Of a DNA stretch of 64,000 nt, positions 46,679 through 59,767 are shown piece after piece. The stretch comes from Methanocaldococcus sp. 28A. Lineage in GTDB: Archaea > AGJL01 > Methanococci > Methanococcales > Methanocaldococcaceae. Within the stretch, counting starts at the first letter, position 1; each line of letters begins with the position of its first letter. The translations under genes and the position numbers were made by a program. Under the pieces are notes generated by a model. It had not been told where the DNA came from. It saw only the letters and a program-made list of their open reading frames with translations, and searched no databases. The stretch is taken from the NCBI GenBank assembly GCA_049852185.1, contig CP187540.1, one strand, 5' to 3'.

Positions 46679-46996
46679 TTATTCGTTTTTCTCTTTTTTT
46701 AAAGGAACAATTTTTAAACCAACCTCTCCATCAATGGTTAATTTATTAAATACAATTTTAACCTCACTTCCACTTCCTTCTAAAACTTTAGCTATTTTTT
46801 CAATATCTACATTAACTTTAGGTAATTTATCTTTAACTTCATCAATAAGCTTTAACATCTCTTCAATTTTTTCTTTTGAGATTACATCTTTCTTTTCTTT
46901 TAAACTATTTAAGAAGTTGGTTATTTTTTCTATCTTTTCTGCAATTTCTTTAGGAACTTCAATTTTTATTTCTTTAACTTCTTTTCCTTCTGACAT
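46679..46996 (-). CDS. Hypothetical protein
   Basis: 105-aa ORF with GGGGA RBS. Confidence 0.7.
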   Translation of the reverse strand: MSEGKEVKEIKIEVPKEIAEKIEKITNFLNSLKEKKDVISKEKIEEMLKLIDEVKDKLPKVNVDIEKIAKVLEGSGSEVKIVFNKLTIDGEVGLKIVPLKKEKNE

Positions 46997-47061
46997 AATA
47001 ATCCCCCATGATTTTTATTAGTTGTAATTAATTATTTAACATTGGTTATATTTAAAGGTAT

Positions 47062-47823
<762 letters not shown>

Positions 47824-47844
47824 CTATTTTTATATGGAGAGTTC

Positions 47845-48002
47845 GATGTTGTCAAGAATAAAAAATAAATAAGTATAGAGTAAATAAAGGAAGATATTAA
47901 ACTAACGATAGAAGTAATAAAGGAAAAGATGGAAGAGATTTTTAAGAGGAATAAGAAGTCGATAGAGATTAAAATTTTAGCTGGGATTTTGTATTACTTA
48001 GG
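47845..48002 (+). mobile_element. IS6 5'-end fragment (TIR plus decayed transposase start)
   Basis: GATGTTGTCAAGAATAA then (ATT for ATG)[35 protein letters not shown], truncated. Confidence 0.85.
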
Positions 48003-48241
48003 ACAGTCATATAAAAATTACAACGCAATATTATATTTGTTTTGTAAAGTAATACTTTAAAATACTATCCAAGTCATAAAAACTAAATTACTTCTATATG
48101 ATGAATATGAATATAAAAATAATTTATTTACTCAAGAATCGAACTTGGGGTTCTTAAATCTTGATTATAAAAATTTATAAAAAATTATATAGTTTATGAC
48201 CAAACCCATAAATTTTATAAATTTTTTATGGTGATATAATA

Positions 48242-49237
48242 ATGATTTTGGGAATAGATATTGGTGGAGCCAATACAAAAATTACAGAGATTAGTGGAGA
48301 AAAATATAAAATTCATCACATCTATTTTCCAATGTGGAAGAAAAAGGATGAATTGGTGGATTTATTAAAAAACTATGATAATGTTGATTATGTTGCATTA
48401 GTTATGACTGCTGAATTGGCTGACTGCTACAAAACAAAAAAAGAAGGAGTTGAGGATATAATAAACAAGGTTGAAAAATCCTTTGACTGCCCAATATACG
48501 TATTTGATGTTAATGGAGACTTCTTAACTTCAGAAGATGCTAAAAAAAATTATTTAGATGTTTCAGCGTCAAATTGGATGGCTACTGCCAAATTAGTTTC
48601 AGAATTCATAAGAGATAGTTGTATTTTGGTTGATATGGGCTCTACAACCACAGATATAATTCCAATAAAAGATAAAAATATTCTATCTGAAAAAACAGAT
48701 TTGGATAGGATGATGAACAACCAGTTAGTTTATGTGGGAACTTTAAGAACTCCTGTTAGTTTTTTAGCTAATAAAATAGAGTTTAGAGGAAAATTAACCA
48801 ATCTATCTTCAGAGTACTTTGCCATTACTGCAGATATTTCTCTAATTTTAAATAAAATTACAGAAAAAGATTATACTTGCGAAACTCCAGATGGGGCTGG
48901 AAAAGATTTTGAAAGTTGCTTAACAAGGTTAGCAAGAGTTTTATGTGCCGATAGAGAAATAGTTAGTGACAATGAATTAATAGATTTTGCTAATAAGCTG
49001 TATAATAATCTCCTAAACTTAGTTAGAGAAAATGTTGATGCTATTGCAAAAAGATACAATTTAAATGATGTGGTTATAACTGGTTTAGGAGAGGAAATTT
49101 TAAAAGATGCTTTAGAAGGCTATAATATAGTATCAATAAAAGAGACATATGGTAAAGATGTTTCCTTAGCAACTCCAAGTTTTGCTGTAGCTAAATTATT
49201 GCAAAAACAATTAAATGAACATAAAAAAATGATATAA
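48242..49237 (+). CDS. mfnF: Methanofuran biosynthesis protein MfnF (hydantoinase-A-like)
   Basis: GIDIGGANTK, MTAELADC, SASNW, DMGSTTTDI, TPDG. Confidence 0.86.
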   Translation: MILGIDIGGANTKITEISGEKYKIHHIYFPMWKKKDELVDLLKNYDNVDYVALVMTAELADCYKTKKEGVEDIINKVEKSFDCPIYVFDVNGDFLTSEDAKKNYLDVSASNWMATAKLVSEFIRDSCILVDMGSTTTDIIPIKDKNILSEKTDLDRMMNNQLVYVGTLRTPVSFLANKIEFRGKLTNLSSEYFAITADISLILNKITEKDYTCETPDGAGKDFESCLTRLARVLCADREIVSDNELIDFANKLYNNLLNLVRENVDAIAKRYNLNDVVITGLGEEILKDALEGYNIVSIKETYGKDVSLATPSFAVAKLLQKQLNEHKKMI

Positions 49238-49278
49238 AAATTATTTTCTTATACTTATATTATTTTTATAATTATTTT

Positions 49279-50529
49279 TTATTGTTTTTTCATCCCAAAG
49301 AAATTTATCATGCCAATTAATTCTTCAAAAGCTTCAATTTCAAATTTTAATGCTTCTTCTTTTGTATAGATTCCACTAACTTCTCCATCTAATGTTAATT
49401 GCTCCACTCCTCTAACAACTATCCTATCTACACCATCTCTTTTTAAAATCTCTTCAGCAACTTTATCATGAACAAAAGCCTTTGGAGGTATAAAAACAGT
49501 CTCTTTAACATCTTTTAAATCCAATTTTTCTAAATCCTTAGCAGTTATTAAATCGGCAATATCTTTATTAACTTTAACAACATTTACAGATGTTTCATCA
49601 AAAATCTTTTTTAAAAATGGATATGCAACATTTCCAGTTATTATTGTAGCTTCTCCATTTATTTTGTTTTTTAATTTTTCTAAGATATGGCTGTTTTCTT
49701 CTTTAGCCAATGCAAATGGAGTTCCTGCAACTGGGTCGTGTAAAGGAGTTCCAGTAACTCTAATATAGTCTCCAAACTCATTATGGATTTCATCAACTAT
49801 ATTTTTAAATTCTTCAACTGAATGTGTTCTTATACTATCAATTAGAGGAGCGTTTCCTAAAATTAGTCCCTGCTCTTCAGTATTTGCAAATCTCATCAAT
49901 ATAACTGCCTTAGCTCCCCAATCTACTAAATCAGAGACTGTTTTTTTCAACTCATTACCATCGTTAACCCCTGGAATAACAATTATTGCACAATGAACTT
50001 CACAATGCTCACAAAAATATCTTAGGCATTTTAAAGCAATTTCAGCATTTTTATCGTTCATCCATTCTTTCCTAAGCTTAGGATTTGTTGAAAAAACTGA
50101 AAAAGTTATTTCATCAACTCCATAATCTACCAAGTTTTTTGCTACCTCTAACTTATTAAAACCTTTTCCTGAAGTATATCCGAGGTGAATCCTTAAACCC
50201 ATATTGCTTATGAATTTGCAGAGCTCTTCTAATTGAGGATAACAGCTAACATCTCCTCCTCCAGTAATATTAACTTTTTTATATCTTTTAAATAATAAAC
50301 TACTTTGCAATTCCATTAGAGCAAATGGTAGGGGTATGAAATCACCATTAATTTCTCTAACAGAATATGTGCAATATTCACAACCTACTGTAAAAAATTG
50401 GCAATATCTGCATCCAAAAGGTTGAAGATTGTTTTTATTAACTTTTCTAAAATAACAAAATTTACAAAATCCATTACAATTAATTCCTGGTTCTCCTTTC
50501 AAATCTATTAGTAAATTAGCTTCTTTCAT
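49279..50529 (-). CDS. mmp10: Methanogenesis marker 10, radical SAM MCR arginine methyltransferase
   Basis: [12 protein letters not shown]....[13 protein letters not shown]; divergent from mcrB. Confidence 0.92.
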   Translation of the reverse strand: MKEANLLIDLKGEPGINCNGFCKFCYFRKVNKNNLQPFGCRYCQFFTVGCEYCTYSVREINGDFIPLPFALMELQSSLLFKRYKKVNITGGGDVSCYPQLEELCKFISNMGLRIHLGYTSGKGFNKLEVAKNLVDYGVDEITFSVFSTNPKLRKEWMNDKNAEIALKCLRYFCEHCEVHCAIIVIPGVNDGNELKKTVSDLVDWGAKAVILMRFANTEEQGLILGNAPLIDSIRTHSVEEFKNIVDEIHNEFGDYIRVTGTPLHDPVAGTPFALAKEENSHILEKLKNKINGEATIITGNVAYPFLKKIFDETSVNVVKVNKDIADLITAKDLEKLDLKDVKETVFIPPKAFVHDKVAEEILKRDGVDRIVVRGVEQLTLDGEVSGIYTKEEALKFEIEAFEELIGMINFFGMKKQ

Positions 50530-50768
50530 AATTTCACACTATACTCATTATTTTTAATAAAAAATTTCAAATAGAAAACTTTATAATCTGGAGTTCTTTA
50601 AATAAAATTTGGATATAGATTTTATGTGATATATATTAATCTTAAAACTTTGGTTGTAGATTCCGAATCCATCTAATATATAAACCTTACGATTTTATTT
50701 CAAATGAAAAATTGGATATATATAAAATGTGATAACTAATAACGAACCAATGTGTGGGAGTGATTCCT

Positions 50769-52103
50769 ATGGTAAAGTATAAAGACACTATAAACTTGTA
50801 TGATGAGAAAGGTAATTTAGTAGAAGAAAATGTTCCATTAGAAGCAATCAGCCCATTATACAACCCAACAATCCAGAAGTTAGTTAAAGACGTTAAGAGA
50901 ACAGTAGCAGTTAACTTAGCAGGTATAGAAAATGCTTTAAGAACTGGACAAGTTGGTGGAAAAGGTTGTATGATTAAGGGAAGAGAATTGGATTTACCTA
51001 TTGTAGAAAATGCTGAAACAATCGCCGAATATGTTGAAAAAGTTGTTAGAGTTTCAGAAGATGATGATACTTCAGTTAAATTAATCAACGATGGAAAACA
51101 GATGGCTGTTCAAATCCCAACAAAGAGATTAGATGTTGCAGCAGAATATTCAGTTTCTGTTTTAGTTACAGGTCAGGCATTAAAAGAGGCTATAATTAGA
51201 ATATTCGATGTTGATATATTCGATGCTCCAATGGTTCACGCAGCTGTTTTGGGAGGCTATCCTCATGAAGTTACAATGAAAGGTTCAAACATTGCTGCTT
51301 TATTAGGTAGTCCATTATCCTTAGAAGGGCCAGGATATGCATTAAGAAACATTATGGCAAACCACTTCGTTGCATGTACAAAGAAAAATGTCATGAACGC
51401 TGTTGCATTTGCTTCAATTATGGAACAAACAGCAATGTTTGAAATGGGAGATGCTGTTGGGTTATTTGAAAGATTACACTTGTTAGGTTTAGCCTACCAA
51501 GGATTAAATGCAGACAACTTAATAATTGACTTAGTAAAAGCAAACGGTAAGAATGGAACTGTTGGTACAGTAGTTGCTTCAGTAATTGAGAGAGCCTTAG
51601 AGGATGGAGTTATTAAGGAAGATAAAACATTACCATCAGGATTCACAATGTATAAGCCAGTTGATGTTGCTAAGTGGAACGCTTATGCTGCGGCTGGTTT
51701 AGTTGCTGCAGTTATAGTTAACGTTGGTGCTGCAAGAGCAGCACAAAACGTTGCATCAACAATTCTCTACTATAACGATATCTTAGAATATGAAACAGGA
51801 TTACCTGGAGTTGACTTTGGTAGATGTGAAGGTACAGCAGTAGGATTTAGTTTCTTCAGTCACTCAATCTATGGTGGAGGAGGACCTGGTATCTTCAACG
51901 GAAATCACATCGTTACAAGACACTCAAAAGGATTTGCTATCCCACCAGTTGCAGCTGCAATGTGTTTAGATGCTGGAACTCAGATGTTCTCACCAGAAAG
52001 AACATCAGCATTGGTAGGTACTGTCTTCAGTGCAATTGATGAATTTAGAGAACCATTGAAGTACGTTATAAAAGGAGCATTAGAAGTTAAAGACAAAATT
52101 TAA
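50769..52103 (+). CDS. mcrB: Methyl-coenzyme M reductase beta subunit
   Basis: [29 protein letters not shown]. Confidence 0.98.
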   Translation: MVKYKDTINLYDEKGNLVEENVPLEAISPLYNPTIQKLVKDVKRTVAVNLAGIENALRTGQVGGKGCMIKGRELDLPIVENAETIAEYVEKVVRVSEDDDTSVKLINDGKQMAVQIPTKRLDVAAEYSVSVLVTGQALKEAIIRIFDVDIFDAPMVHAAVLGGYPHEVTMKGSNIAALLGSPLSLEGPGYALRNIMANHFVACTKKNVMNAVAFASIMEQTAMFEMGDAVGLFERLHLLGLAYQGLNADNLIIDLVKANGKNGTVGTVVASVIERALEDGVIKEDKTLPSGFTMYKPVDVAKWNAYAAAGLVAAVIVNVGAARAAQNVASTILYYNDILEYETGLPGVDFGRCEGTAVGFSFFSHSIYGGGGPGIFNGNHIVTRHSKGFAIPPVAAAMCLDAGTQMFSPERTSALVGTVFSAIDEFREPLKYVIKGALEVKDKI

Positions 52104-52121
52104 AGTCTTTAAGTGATTGTA

Positions 52122-52610
52122 ATGATTGAAGTTGAGGTTTTCCCATATAGATATTTAAAAGCATCTACAACTGAAAAATTCCTAAATAAAATCTATGATT
52201 TGAAAAGTGTGGAAAGAGTTGTTATCCACGGTCAGCCCCTCCCTAAAGTTGTCACTTATGGACCAGCAAGAGGTTTACCAGTGAATCATACAGAGAGGAA
52301 AATAATATATGTTAAAGGAGTTCCTGTGGAGCTTACAGTGATGGCAGGAAGATTTTGGATAACTCTCAGTGATGATAGCGAGTTGGATAAATTAGATGCT
52401 ATATGTAAGGAAATGTTCCCATTTGGATATAATTTAAGAGTTGGAAAATTCTTGAAAGATAGACCAACAGTTACAGATTATATAAAATATGGTGAAGATG
52501 GCGTCTTCTTAATAAATGAGATGGATAGAAGATTGATAGGAATGGTTGACCCAAGAAGTAGAATGGCTAACTCTGTTACAGTTGTAGAAAAAGAAGAAAA
52601 AGAGGAATAA
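52122..52610 (+). CDS. mcrD: MCR operon protein D
   Basis: [29 protein letters not shown]. Confidence 0.95.
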   Translation: MIEVEVFPYRYLKASTTEKFLNKIYDLKSVERVVIHGQPLPKVVTYGPARGLPVNHTERKIIYVKGVPVELTVMAGRFWITLSDDSELDKLDAICKEMFPFGYNLRVGKFLKDRPTVTDYIKYGEDGVFLINEMDRRLIGMVDPRSRMANSVTVVEKEEKEE

Positions 52611-52611
52611 T

Positions 52612-53214
52612 ATGCCAGTAGGAAGAAGAGAGCAAATTGTGGATTGTAGGTCAGTGATGGGTTTAGGAGAAGGTGGAGGATTGGCACAGAGAGGGACATT
52701 TGCAGAGGCGTTAAAAAATGATGTAGTAGTGGTAGCGATGTCACCAGGGAGGAGGCATATAACAAAACCTGTGTGTGAGATAACTTATGGAATTAGAGAG
52801 ACGGGAATTCAAACTAGTGTTTTAGTTTTGAATGCTGGTTCAGGAATACCACATGATGCTCCAAGAGGAGCTTTAGGCTCTACCTTTGGTATTAAACCAG
52901 AAGAAGCAGCGCAAATAAATAGACACAAGCTCTGTGTTGTCCATTTCGGAAACGTTATTAGCCATGTTGTCTATAAAGCAGGTCTTCTATTAAAATATGT
53001 AAAAATTCCAACGATTATCGTTTGTCAAGCTCCTGTAGATATGGAAGACCTTGCTAAATATGGTATAAAGACAAGAGATGTTATGCCTTTGGAACCTAAA
53101 ACTAAAGGAACTGTTGTTGATATTGTAACTGGAGTGATTAGAGGGGAATCTTGTCCTCAAAGTAAAATTGATGAAATAATAAAGAAAATAAAGTTCCATT
53201 TAAACTTAAATTGA
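52612..53214 (+). CDS. mcrC: MCR operon protein C
   Basis: [26 protein letters not shown]. Confidence 0.95.
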   Translation: MPVGRREQIVDCRSVMGLGEGGGLAQRGTFAEALKNDVVVVAMSPGRRHITKPVCEITYGIRETGIQTSVLVLNAGSGIPHDAPRGALGSTFGIKPEEAAQINRHKLCVVHFGNVISHVVYKAGLLLKYVKIPTIIVCQAPVDMEDLAKYGIKTRDVMPLEPKTKGTVVDIVTGVIRGESCPQSKIDEIIKKIKFHLNLN

Positions 53215-53223
53215 GGTGATTGT

Positions 53224-54006
53224 ATGGCATACAAGCCACAGTTCTACCCAGGTCAAACAAAAATTGCTCAAAATAGAAGAGACCACATGAACCCAGATGT
53301 TCAGTTAGAAAAGTTGAGAGACATTCCAGATGATGATGTTGTTAAAATAATGGGTCACAGACAGCCAGGAGAAGATTACAAAACAGTTCACCCTCCATTA
53401 GAAGAAATGGACTTGCCAGAAGACTACGTAAGGGATTTAGTTGAGCCAATAAACGGAGCTAAAGAGGGTCATAGAGTTAGATACATTCAGTTTACTGATT
53501 CAATGTACTTCGCTCCAGCTCAACCTTATGACAGAGCAAGAACATACATGTGGAGGTTTAGAGGAGTAGATACAGGTACTTTATCAGGAAGACAAGTTAT
53601 TGAGATGAGAGAAAGTGACTTAGAAGCGTTATCAAAGAACTTCTTAATTGATACAGCATTCTTCGACCCAGCAAGATGTGGTATTAGAGGGGCTACAGTT
53701 CACGGACACTCATTGAGATTGGATGAAAATGGTTTAATGTTTGATGCTCTCCAGAGATACGTGTATGATGAGAAAACAGGACACGTTGTCTATGTTAAAG
53801 ACCAAGTAGGAAGACCATTAGATGAACCAGTAGATGTTGGAGAGCCATTACCAGAAGAAAAATTGAAAGAAATTACAACAATCTACAGAATTGATGGAGT
53901 TCCAATGAGAGACGATGAAGAATTATTGACAGTCGTTAAGAGAATCCACAGAGCTAGAACTTTAGGAGGATTTTTACCAGTTGAAGATGTCTTCGAGAAA
54001 CTCTAA
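53224..54006 (+). CDS. mcrG: Methyl-coenzyme M reductase gamma subunit
   Basis: QFYPG, GTLSGRQ, RGATVHGHSLRL. Confidence 0.98.
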   Translation: MAYKPQFYPGQTKIAQNRRDHMNPDVQLEKLRDIPDDDVVKIMGHRQPGEDYKTVHPPLEEMDLPEDYVRDLVEPINGAKEGHRVRYIQFTDSMYFAPAQPYDRARTYMWRFRGVDTGTLSGRQVIEMRESDLEALSKNFLIDTAFFDPARCGIRGATVHGHSLRLDENGLMFDALQRYVYDEKTGHVVYVKDQVGRPLDEPVDVGEPLPEEKLKEITTIYRIDGVPMRDDEELLTVVKRIHRARTLGGFLPVEDVFEKL

Positions 54007-54125
54007 GCTTTGGGGCTGTGCCCGTTTAATTATAAACTTTTATACAATATAAAAATTATAAACCTTAAAGAATCTCTAAATAAAACTTATAACAAAAAAT
54101 AAATGACCTCACAGAGGTGAGCTTG

Positions 54126-55787
54126 ATGGATGCAGAAAAAAGATTGTTCTTAAAAGCATTAAAAGAGAAGTTTGAAGAAGATCCAAGAGAAAAATACACT
54201 AAGTTCTACATCTTCGGAGGATGGAAACAGTCAGCAAGAAAGAGAGAATTCGTTGAGGCTGCACAAAAATTAATTGAGAAAAGAGGAGGAATTCCATTCT
54301 ACAACCCAGATATTGGGGTTCCATTAGGACAAAGGAAATTAATGCCTTACAAAGTTTCAAATACAGATGTAATTGTTGAAGGGGATGATTTACACTTTAT
54401 GAACAACGCCGCAATGCAGCAGTTTTGGGATGACATTAGAAGAACAGTTATTGTTGGTATGGACACAGCTCACGCTGTTCTCGAAAAAAGATTAGGAGTA
54501 GAAGTTACACCAGAAACAATTAACGAATACATGGAAACTATTAACCACGCTTTACCAGGAGGGGCTGTTGTCCAAGAGCACATGGTTGAGGTTCACCCAG
54601 CATTAGTTTGGGACTGTTATGCTAAAATATTCACTGGAGATGACGAATTAGCTGATGAAATTGACAAGAGATTCTTAATCGACATTAACAAGTTATTCCC
54701 AGAAGAGCAAGCAGAGCAAATCAAGAAAGCAATTGGTAAGAGAACATACCAAGTTTCAAGAGTTCCAACATTAGTTGGTAGAGTTTGTGATGGGGGTACA
54801 ATAGCAAGATGGAGTGCTATGCAGATTGGAATGTCATTTATTACAGCTTACAAGTTGTGTGCTGGAGAGGCTGCTATCGCTGATTTCTCATACGCTGCAA
54901 AACACGCAGATGTTATTCAAATGGCTTCATTCTTACCAGCAAGAAGAGCAAGAGGACCTAATGAACCAGGAGGAATGTTCTTTGGTATTTTAGCTGATGT
55001 TGTTCAGACTTCAAGAGTTTCAGATGATCCAGTAGAGCAGTCTTTAGAAGTCGTTGCAGCAGGAGCTATGCTTTATGACCAAATCTGGTTAGGAAGTTAC
55101 ATGTCTGGAGGAGTTGGATTCACACAGTATGCTACTGCATCCTATACAGATGACATCTTAGATGACTTCTCATACTATGGTTATGACTATATAACCAAGA
55201 AATATGGAGGATGTAATAGCGTAAAACCTACTATGGATGTTGTTGAAGACATTGCAACAGAAGTTACATTATATGCGTTAGAGCAATACGACAGCTTCCC
55301 AGCTTTATTAGAAGACCACTTCGGAGGTTCACAAAGAGCTGCAGTTACCGCAGCTGCATCAGGTATTTCAGTAGCATTAGCTACTGGAAACTCAAACGCT
55401 GGAGTTAACGGATGGTACTTAAGCCAAATATTACATAAAGAATACCACAGCAGATTAGGATTCTATGGATACGACTTGCAAGACCAGTGTGGAGCAGCTA
55501 ACTCATTGTCATTCAGAAACGATGAAGGTTCACCATTAGAGTTAAGAGGTCCAAACTATCCAAACTATGCAATGAACGTCGGTCACCAAGGAGAGTATGC
55601 TGGAATTACACAAGCAGCACACTCAGCAAGAGGTGATGCTTTCGCACTCAACCCATTAATTAAAGTAGCATTCGCAGACCCCTCATTAATCTTCGACTTC
55701 AGATACCCAAGAAAAGAGTTTGCAAGAGGAGCATTAAGAGAGTTCGAACCTGCTGGAGAAAGAGACCCAATCATTCCAGCTCATTAA
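54126..55787 (+). CDS. mcrA: Methyl-coenzyme M reductase alpha subunit
   Basis: [40 protein letters not shown]. Confidence 0.99.
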   Translation: MDAEKRLFLKALKEKFEEDPREKYTKFYIFGGWKQSARKREFVEAAQKLIEKRGGIPFYNPDIGVPLGQRKLMPYKVSNTDVIVEGDDLHFMNNAAMQQFWDDIRRTVIVGMDTAHAVLEKRLGVEVTPETINEYMETINHALPGGAVVQEHMVEVHPALVWDCYAKIFTGDDELADEIDKRFLIDINKLFPEEQAEQIKKAIGKRTYQVSRVPTLVGRVCDGGTIARWSAMQIGMSFITAYKLCAGEAAIADFSYAAKHADVIQMASFLPARRARGPNEPGGMFFGILADVVQTSRVSDDPVEQSLEVVAAGAMLYDQIWLGSYMSGGVGFTQYATASYTDDILDDFSYYGYDYITKKYGGCNSVKPTMDVVEDIATEVTLYALEQYDSFPALLEDHFGGSQRAAVTAAASGISVALATGNSNAGVNGWYLSQILHKEYHSRLGFYGYDLQDQCGAANSLSFRNDEGSPLELRGPNYPNYAMNVGHQGEYAGITQAAHSARGDAFALNPLIKVAFADPSLIFDFRYPRKEFARGALREFEPAGERDPIIPAH

Positions 55788-55793
55788 ATCTAA

Positions 55794-55810
55794 ATTTTTT
55801 ATTTTTTTAT
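55794..55810 (+). terminator. Oligo-T terminator after mcrA
   Basis: TTTTTT-A-TTTTTTT tract right after the stop codon. Confidence 0.55.
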
Positions 55811-55947
55811 TATGTTGTCATTGTTAAGAGTATTAAAACATAAAATTCAAAAAACTAAAATTTGATTAATTTTCTATAAATTTAGAATGTTTTCCTAATT
55901 AAAAGAAAGTTAAATAGAAATTAAGTGAATTTTAATAAAATCAAATA

Positions 55948-55962
55948 GAAAACCTTATATAT
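55948..55962 (+). promoter_or_regulatory. BRE/TATA promoter of the mtr operon
   Basis: GAAAACC-TTATATA about 45 nt upstream of mtrE. Confidence 0.62.
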
Positions 55963-56002
55963 TAACCTATATAAACTAAACATGTAAAATGAGGTGATAG
56001 GA

Positions 56003-56905
56003 ATGGATACAACACTAATCGCCCTTGGGGCTCTTGCCTTATATGGAGCATTAGCAACAGTTGCTGGATGTGCAGAGGATTTAGAATCTGATGTAGGTTC
56101 TCAGTCAAACCCAAACTCACAGGTTCAGTTAGCTCCACAGATGGGAAATATACATAGATACTTTAACAAAGCTATATCTGGAGAACCTGTAGCTTATGGT
56201 ATGTATGTAGCAGTTGCAGGAACAGTTGCTTATGCTTTTATGCAAATGGGATTAAATCCAATTTTGTCAATAATCTTAGGTACTGGTGTTGCAGCATTTA
56301 TTCATGGAGCTTATGCAATTTCAGCATACTTAGGAAGGATTGTAGGTCAGTCAAAGAACTTTGGGCAGCCTGTTTATTGGGATGTTGTAATGAGCCATAT
56401 TGGTCCAATTGTTGGACATGGTTTTATTGCTGTCTTTTGTATGGTTTTAATGGCTTACTTAGCTAATGCTGTATTAGGAAATCCATTCCCGTTACCATTA
56501 ATTGCATTGATATTTGGGATTACTGTGGGATCAATTGGTTCATCAACTGGAGATGTCCATTATGGAGCTGAAAGAGAATATCAGAAATATCCATTTGGAG
56601 GAGGAGTGCCTGTTGCTAACCAGGGGGATATTGATATTAAAGCAGAATACGGTTTAAGAAATGGAATGGATTCATCATACTTTTGTTGTAGAGTAGGAGG
56701 TGTTCTAACTGGTTTATGTTTTGGTTTTATTGTTTTCTTGGATGGTTGGAGAGGAATTATTGGGGATGTATTACAAGGAGGAAACGTTATCTCAGCATCT
56801 ATAATCTCAATTTTTGTAGGTTTAATAATAATAGCTTTATTGGCTATAATTAATAGGAAGGTTGAAGTATTTGCAAGAAACAAATTCGGTCCATATAAAA
56901 AATAA
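56003..56905 (+). CDS. mtrE: Tetrahydromethanopterin S-methyltransferase subunit E
   Basis: EDLESDVGSQSNPNSQVQLAPQM, STGDVHYGAER. Confidence 0.97.
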   Translation: MDTTLIALGALALYGALATVAGCAEDLESDVGSQSNPNSQVQLAPQMGNIHRYFNKAISGEPVAYGMYVAVAGTVAYAFMQMGLNPILSIILGTGVAAFIHGAYAISAYLGRIVGQSKNFGQPVYWDVVMSHIGPIVGHGFIAVFCMVLMAYLANAVLGNPFPLPLIALIFGITVGSIGSSTGDVHYGAEREYQKYPFGGGVPVANQGDIDIKAEYGLRNGMDSSYFCCRVGGVLTGLCFGFIVFLDGWRGIIGDVLQGGNVISASIISIFVGLIIIALLAIINRKVEVFARNKFGPYKK

Positions 56906-56917
56906 AGGTGGTATTTT

Positions 56918-57607
56918 ATGGATGCATGTTTGTTAATTTCATTAGCTGAAATAACTATTGCAGGAGCGATAATTAATGCAAGTGTCCATTTTATTCCTGT
57001 TGGAGGGGCTCCAGCAGCAATGGCTACTTCAACAGGAGTTGGGACAGGAACAACTCAGTTAGCAGCTGGGGCTGGTTTCACTGGATTGATGGCAGCTGCA
57101 GTAATGGCTTCAAATGTAGGAACTAGTAGTTTGGGACTCTTATTAATTTTATTATCTGGAGCTGTTGGTTCAATGATTATGCTTGGAGTGACAATGTTGA
57201 TTGGACAATTGATTTATGTATTTGGTGTTGGAGTAGTTCCTGCTGCAGATAAATGTGAGATAGATCCAATAACAAAAGATCCACAAAAACCTTACGTTAC
57301 CCCAGGAACTACAGGACACGGAATTCCAACTGTTTGTTTCATTAGTGGTTTAATAGGGGCAGCTTTAGGAGGAATTGGTGGAGGTTTGGCATATATAGCA
57401 TTGATAAAATTAGGATTCTCTCCAGCAGTAGCTGGAATGTTAGCAGTAGGTTTCTTCTTTATTAATGCAGTTCTTGCATCCTACAACATTGGAGGTACTA
57501 TTGAAGGTTTCCACGACCCAAAATTCAAGAAAATGCCTAATGGAGTTGTTGCATCATTAGTAGCTTCATTAGTTTGTGGAATAGTTGCAGTAGCAATGGC
57601 TTTATAA
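56918..57607 (+). CDS. mtrD: Mtr subunit D
   Basis: [27 protein letters not shown]. Confidence 0.97.
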   Translation: MDACLLISLAEITIAGAIINASVHFIPVGGAPAAMATSTGVGTGTTQLAAGAGFTGLMAAAVMASNVGTSSLGLLLILLSGAVGSMIMLGVTMLIGQLIYVFGVGVVPAADKCEIDPITKDPQKPYVTPGTTGHGIPTVCFISGLIGAALGGIGGGLAYIALIKLGFSPAVAGMLAVGFFFINAVLASYNIGGTIEGFHDPKFKKMPNGVVASLVASLVCGIVAVAMAL

Positions 57608-57627
57608 AAAAAATTTTTGGTGATAGG

Positions 57628-58425
57628 ATGTCACATGGTGGAGGAGGTCATGCAGCAGAACTTTATCCAGAAGAACAAATATTTGCATTTGGAATAGTTT
57701 TATCATTGATAGGTATTTATGCGGCACATTTCTTATCAGATTATGGTTTGTCAATGTTAATAGGAGGTTTATTAGTTTCAGCTGCATGTGTTGCTGGAGC
57801 AAACACAGTTAGAAAAGTAGCTGCTTATGGTTTGGGGACAGGGGTTCCGTCAATTGGTATGCTTAGTTTAGGTATGGGAACATTAGCTGCGGTAGCAGGA
57901 GTTTTAATTCCAAAAGCATTAGGAATTACTTATTTAATAGCTCCCATATTAACATTAATAATATCAGCAGTTGTTGGATTTATTGTTGGAAAATTAACAG
58001 TAAAACCAGTAGGAATGAAAATTCCAATTATGGTTAGGAGTATGACATTCTTATCCATAGCAGGAGCTATGGCATTATTAGGATTTACAACAGCTTATGT
58101 TGGAAGTTTAGAACCAAATATTTTTATTAAGGGTGCTTTAAACTCAGGGATTATGGCTTTAGCATTTATTGTTGCAGGTATGGCAATATTACACCCATTC
58201 AACGCATGTTTAGGGCCAAATGAAAGCCATAAAAGAACATTGACATTAGCAATTGCTTGTGGTTTAATAACTTGGTTTATATTCTCAGTAGTTAAATTAG
58301 ATGTTGTATCAATGGTAGTTTCAATAGTATTGTGGGCAATTGTATATGTGAAATTTGTTAAGATGTCATTTAAAGATGCATGTGCAGTTCTATATACTCC
58401 AGAAATTCCTAAGAAGGAAGAGTAA
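57628..58425 (+). CDS. mtrC: Mtr subunit C
   Basis: [22 protein letters not shown]. Confidence 0.97.
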   Translation: MSHGGGGHAAELYPEEQIFAFGIVLSLIGIYAAHFLSDYGLSMLIGGLLVSAACVAGANTVRKVAAYGLGTGVPSIGMLSLGMGTLAAVAGVLIPKALGITYLIAPILTLIISAVVGFIVGKLTVKPVGMKIPIMVRSMTFLSIAGAMALLGFTTAYVGSLEPNIFIKGALNSGIMALAFIVAGMAILHPFNACLGPNESHKRTLTLAIACGLITWFIFSVVKLDVVSMVVSIVLWAIVYVKFVKMSFKDACAVLYTPEIPKKEE

Positions 58426-58434
58426 GGTGGAAAT

Positions 58435-58758
58435 ATGGAAATTGTTAAGGTATGTCCTGAACTTGACATTGTTATGGAAGTTAATTCTGGTTTAGTAGCG
58501 GAGATGAGAAAAGATATCCTTGTAGTTGATTTGATTCATGTAGAAGAAAGAATTCAGAAGTTAGAAAAATTGGTTACTGCATTAGAGAATTCATTAGATC
58601 CAAGATATTCACCATTAAACTCCTTTCCAAATAGAGAAGGAGTTTATGCAATAGCTGGTTATTTTAAAGGAATATTCTTTGGATTTTGGATAACATTAGC
58701 AATAATGACACTAGCAATACTAACAATAATTAGATTGTTTCCAGGTTTAATTCAATAA
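58435..58758 (+). CDS. mtrB: Mtr subunit B
   Basis: PEL, SLDP, FPNREG, C-terminal TM helix; operon position. Confidence 0.94.
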   Translation: MEIVKVCPELDIVMEVNSGLVAEMRKDILVVDLIHVEERIQKLEKLVTALENSLDPRYSPLNSFPNREGVYAIAGYFKGIFFGFWITLAIMTLAILTIIRLFPGLIQ

Positions 58759-58781
58759 GGAGGTGCTAAAACATGGTAAAC
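58746..58781 (+). repeat. 36-bp direct repeat copy 1 (mtrB tail, RBS, mtrA start)
   Basis: TTTAATTCAATAAGGAGGTGCTAAAACATGGTAAAC. Confidence 0.9.
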
Positions 58782-59498
58782 AAAAAACCCCCAGCACCAG
58801 GATGGCCAATTGTTTCTGGGGAATATGTTGTCGGTAACCCAGAGAGCTGTGTTGGAGTAGTAACACTTGGTTCTCATGGTTTAGAACAAGCTTGTGTTGA
58901 TGCTGGAGCTGCTATAGCAGGACCTTGCCACACAGAAAACTTAGGTATTGAAAAAGTCATAGTAAACTATATATCAAACCCAAACATTAGATTCATGATT
59001 CTCTGTGGTTCAGAAGTTCAGGGACATTTAACAGGACAGTGTTTCAAAGCTTTATGGGAAAACGGTATTGGAGATGATGGAGGAATCATTGGAGCGAAAG
59101 GGGCTATTCCATTCTTAGAAAACGTTGATAAAGAAGCTGTCGAGAGATTTAGAAGACAAATAGTTGAAGTAATTGATTTAATCGACGTTGAAGACATTGG
59201 TAAAATAACCCAAGCAATAAAAGAATGTATAAGTAAAGACCCAGGAGCTATCGACGAAGACCCAATGATTATCGATTTAGAAGGTGGAGGGGGAGGAGGA
59301 GAGGAAGAAGGAGCTACTGTAAAACCAACCTCCCCAGAGATTGCACTAATAGAAGCAAGAATGAGAATTATATCTGAAAAAATTAATAATGCTGCATTAC
59401 TTACAAAATATAACTCAGGATATTACAACGGAAAAATTCAGGGAATAGCAATAGGATTATTTATTTCAATATTGCTATTTGCCCTCATTAGTATTTAA
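58773..59498 (+). CDS. mtrA: Mtr subunit A (corrinoid protein)
   Basis: [27 protein letters not shown], Gly/Glu linker, TM helix. Confidence 0.97.
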   Translation: MVNKKPPAPGWPIVSGEYVVGNPESCVGVVTLGSHGLEQACVDAGAAIAGPCHTENLGIEKVIVNYISNPNIRFMILCGSEVQGHLTGQCFKALWENGIGDDGGIIGAKGAIPFLENVDKEAVERFRRQIVEVIDLIDVEDIGKITQAIKECISKDPGAIDEDPMIIDLEGGGGGGEEEGATVKPTSPEIALIEARMRIISEKINNAALLTKYNSGYYNGKIQGIAIGLFISILLFALISI

Positions 59499-59529
59499 TT
59501 CAACAAGGAGGTGCTAAAACATGGCAAAC
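59494..59529 (+). repeat. 36-bp direct repeat copy 2 (upstream of and into mtrF)
   Basis: TTTAATTCAACAAGGAGGTGCTAAAACATGGCAAAC, 34/36 identical to copy 1. Confidence 0.9.
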
Positions 59530-59763
59530 GACGGTGGAGAGGGAGCTTTTGAAATTAAGGGTATTCCAAGTGTTGTTGAGCCGGATTTAGAATACTGTGA
59601 TAAACTTTTAAAAAAGTTGGAATACAAAGTAGGATTAATGTCAAGAGACCTTGGTTTATCTTCAGGAGTATTTACAAAATCAACACATGGGGTTATTATA
59701 GGTTCAGTTATAGCATTTGTGTTGGTAATTATTCCTGTTATATTAAAAATGGTTATAGGGTGA
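59521..59763 (+). CDS. mtrF: Mtr subunit F with an MtrA-like N-terminal stub
   Basis: LEYKVGLMSRD.GL.SGV, C-terminal TM helix; between mtrA and mtrG. Confidence 0.88.
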   Translation: MANDGGEGAFEIKGIPSVVEPDLEYCDKLLKKLEYKVGLMSRDLGLSSGVFTKSTHGVIIGSVIAFVLVIIPVILKMVIG

Positions 59764-59767
59764 TTGA

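Noticed and set aside
48003-48170. Sequence after the IS6 fragment as a gene remnant
   Set aside because: No recognisable reading frame or motif.
54013-54024. GGGC-TGT-GCCC hairpin between mcrG and mcrA as a novel ncRNA
   Set aside because: Only a 4-bp stem; at most an mRNA stability element.
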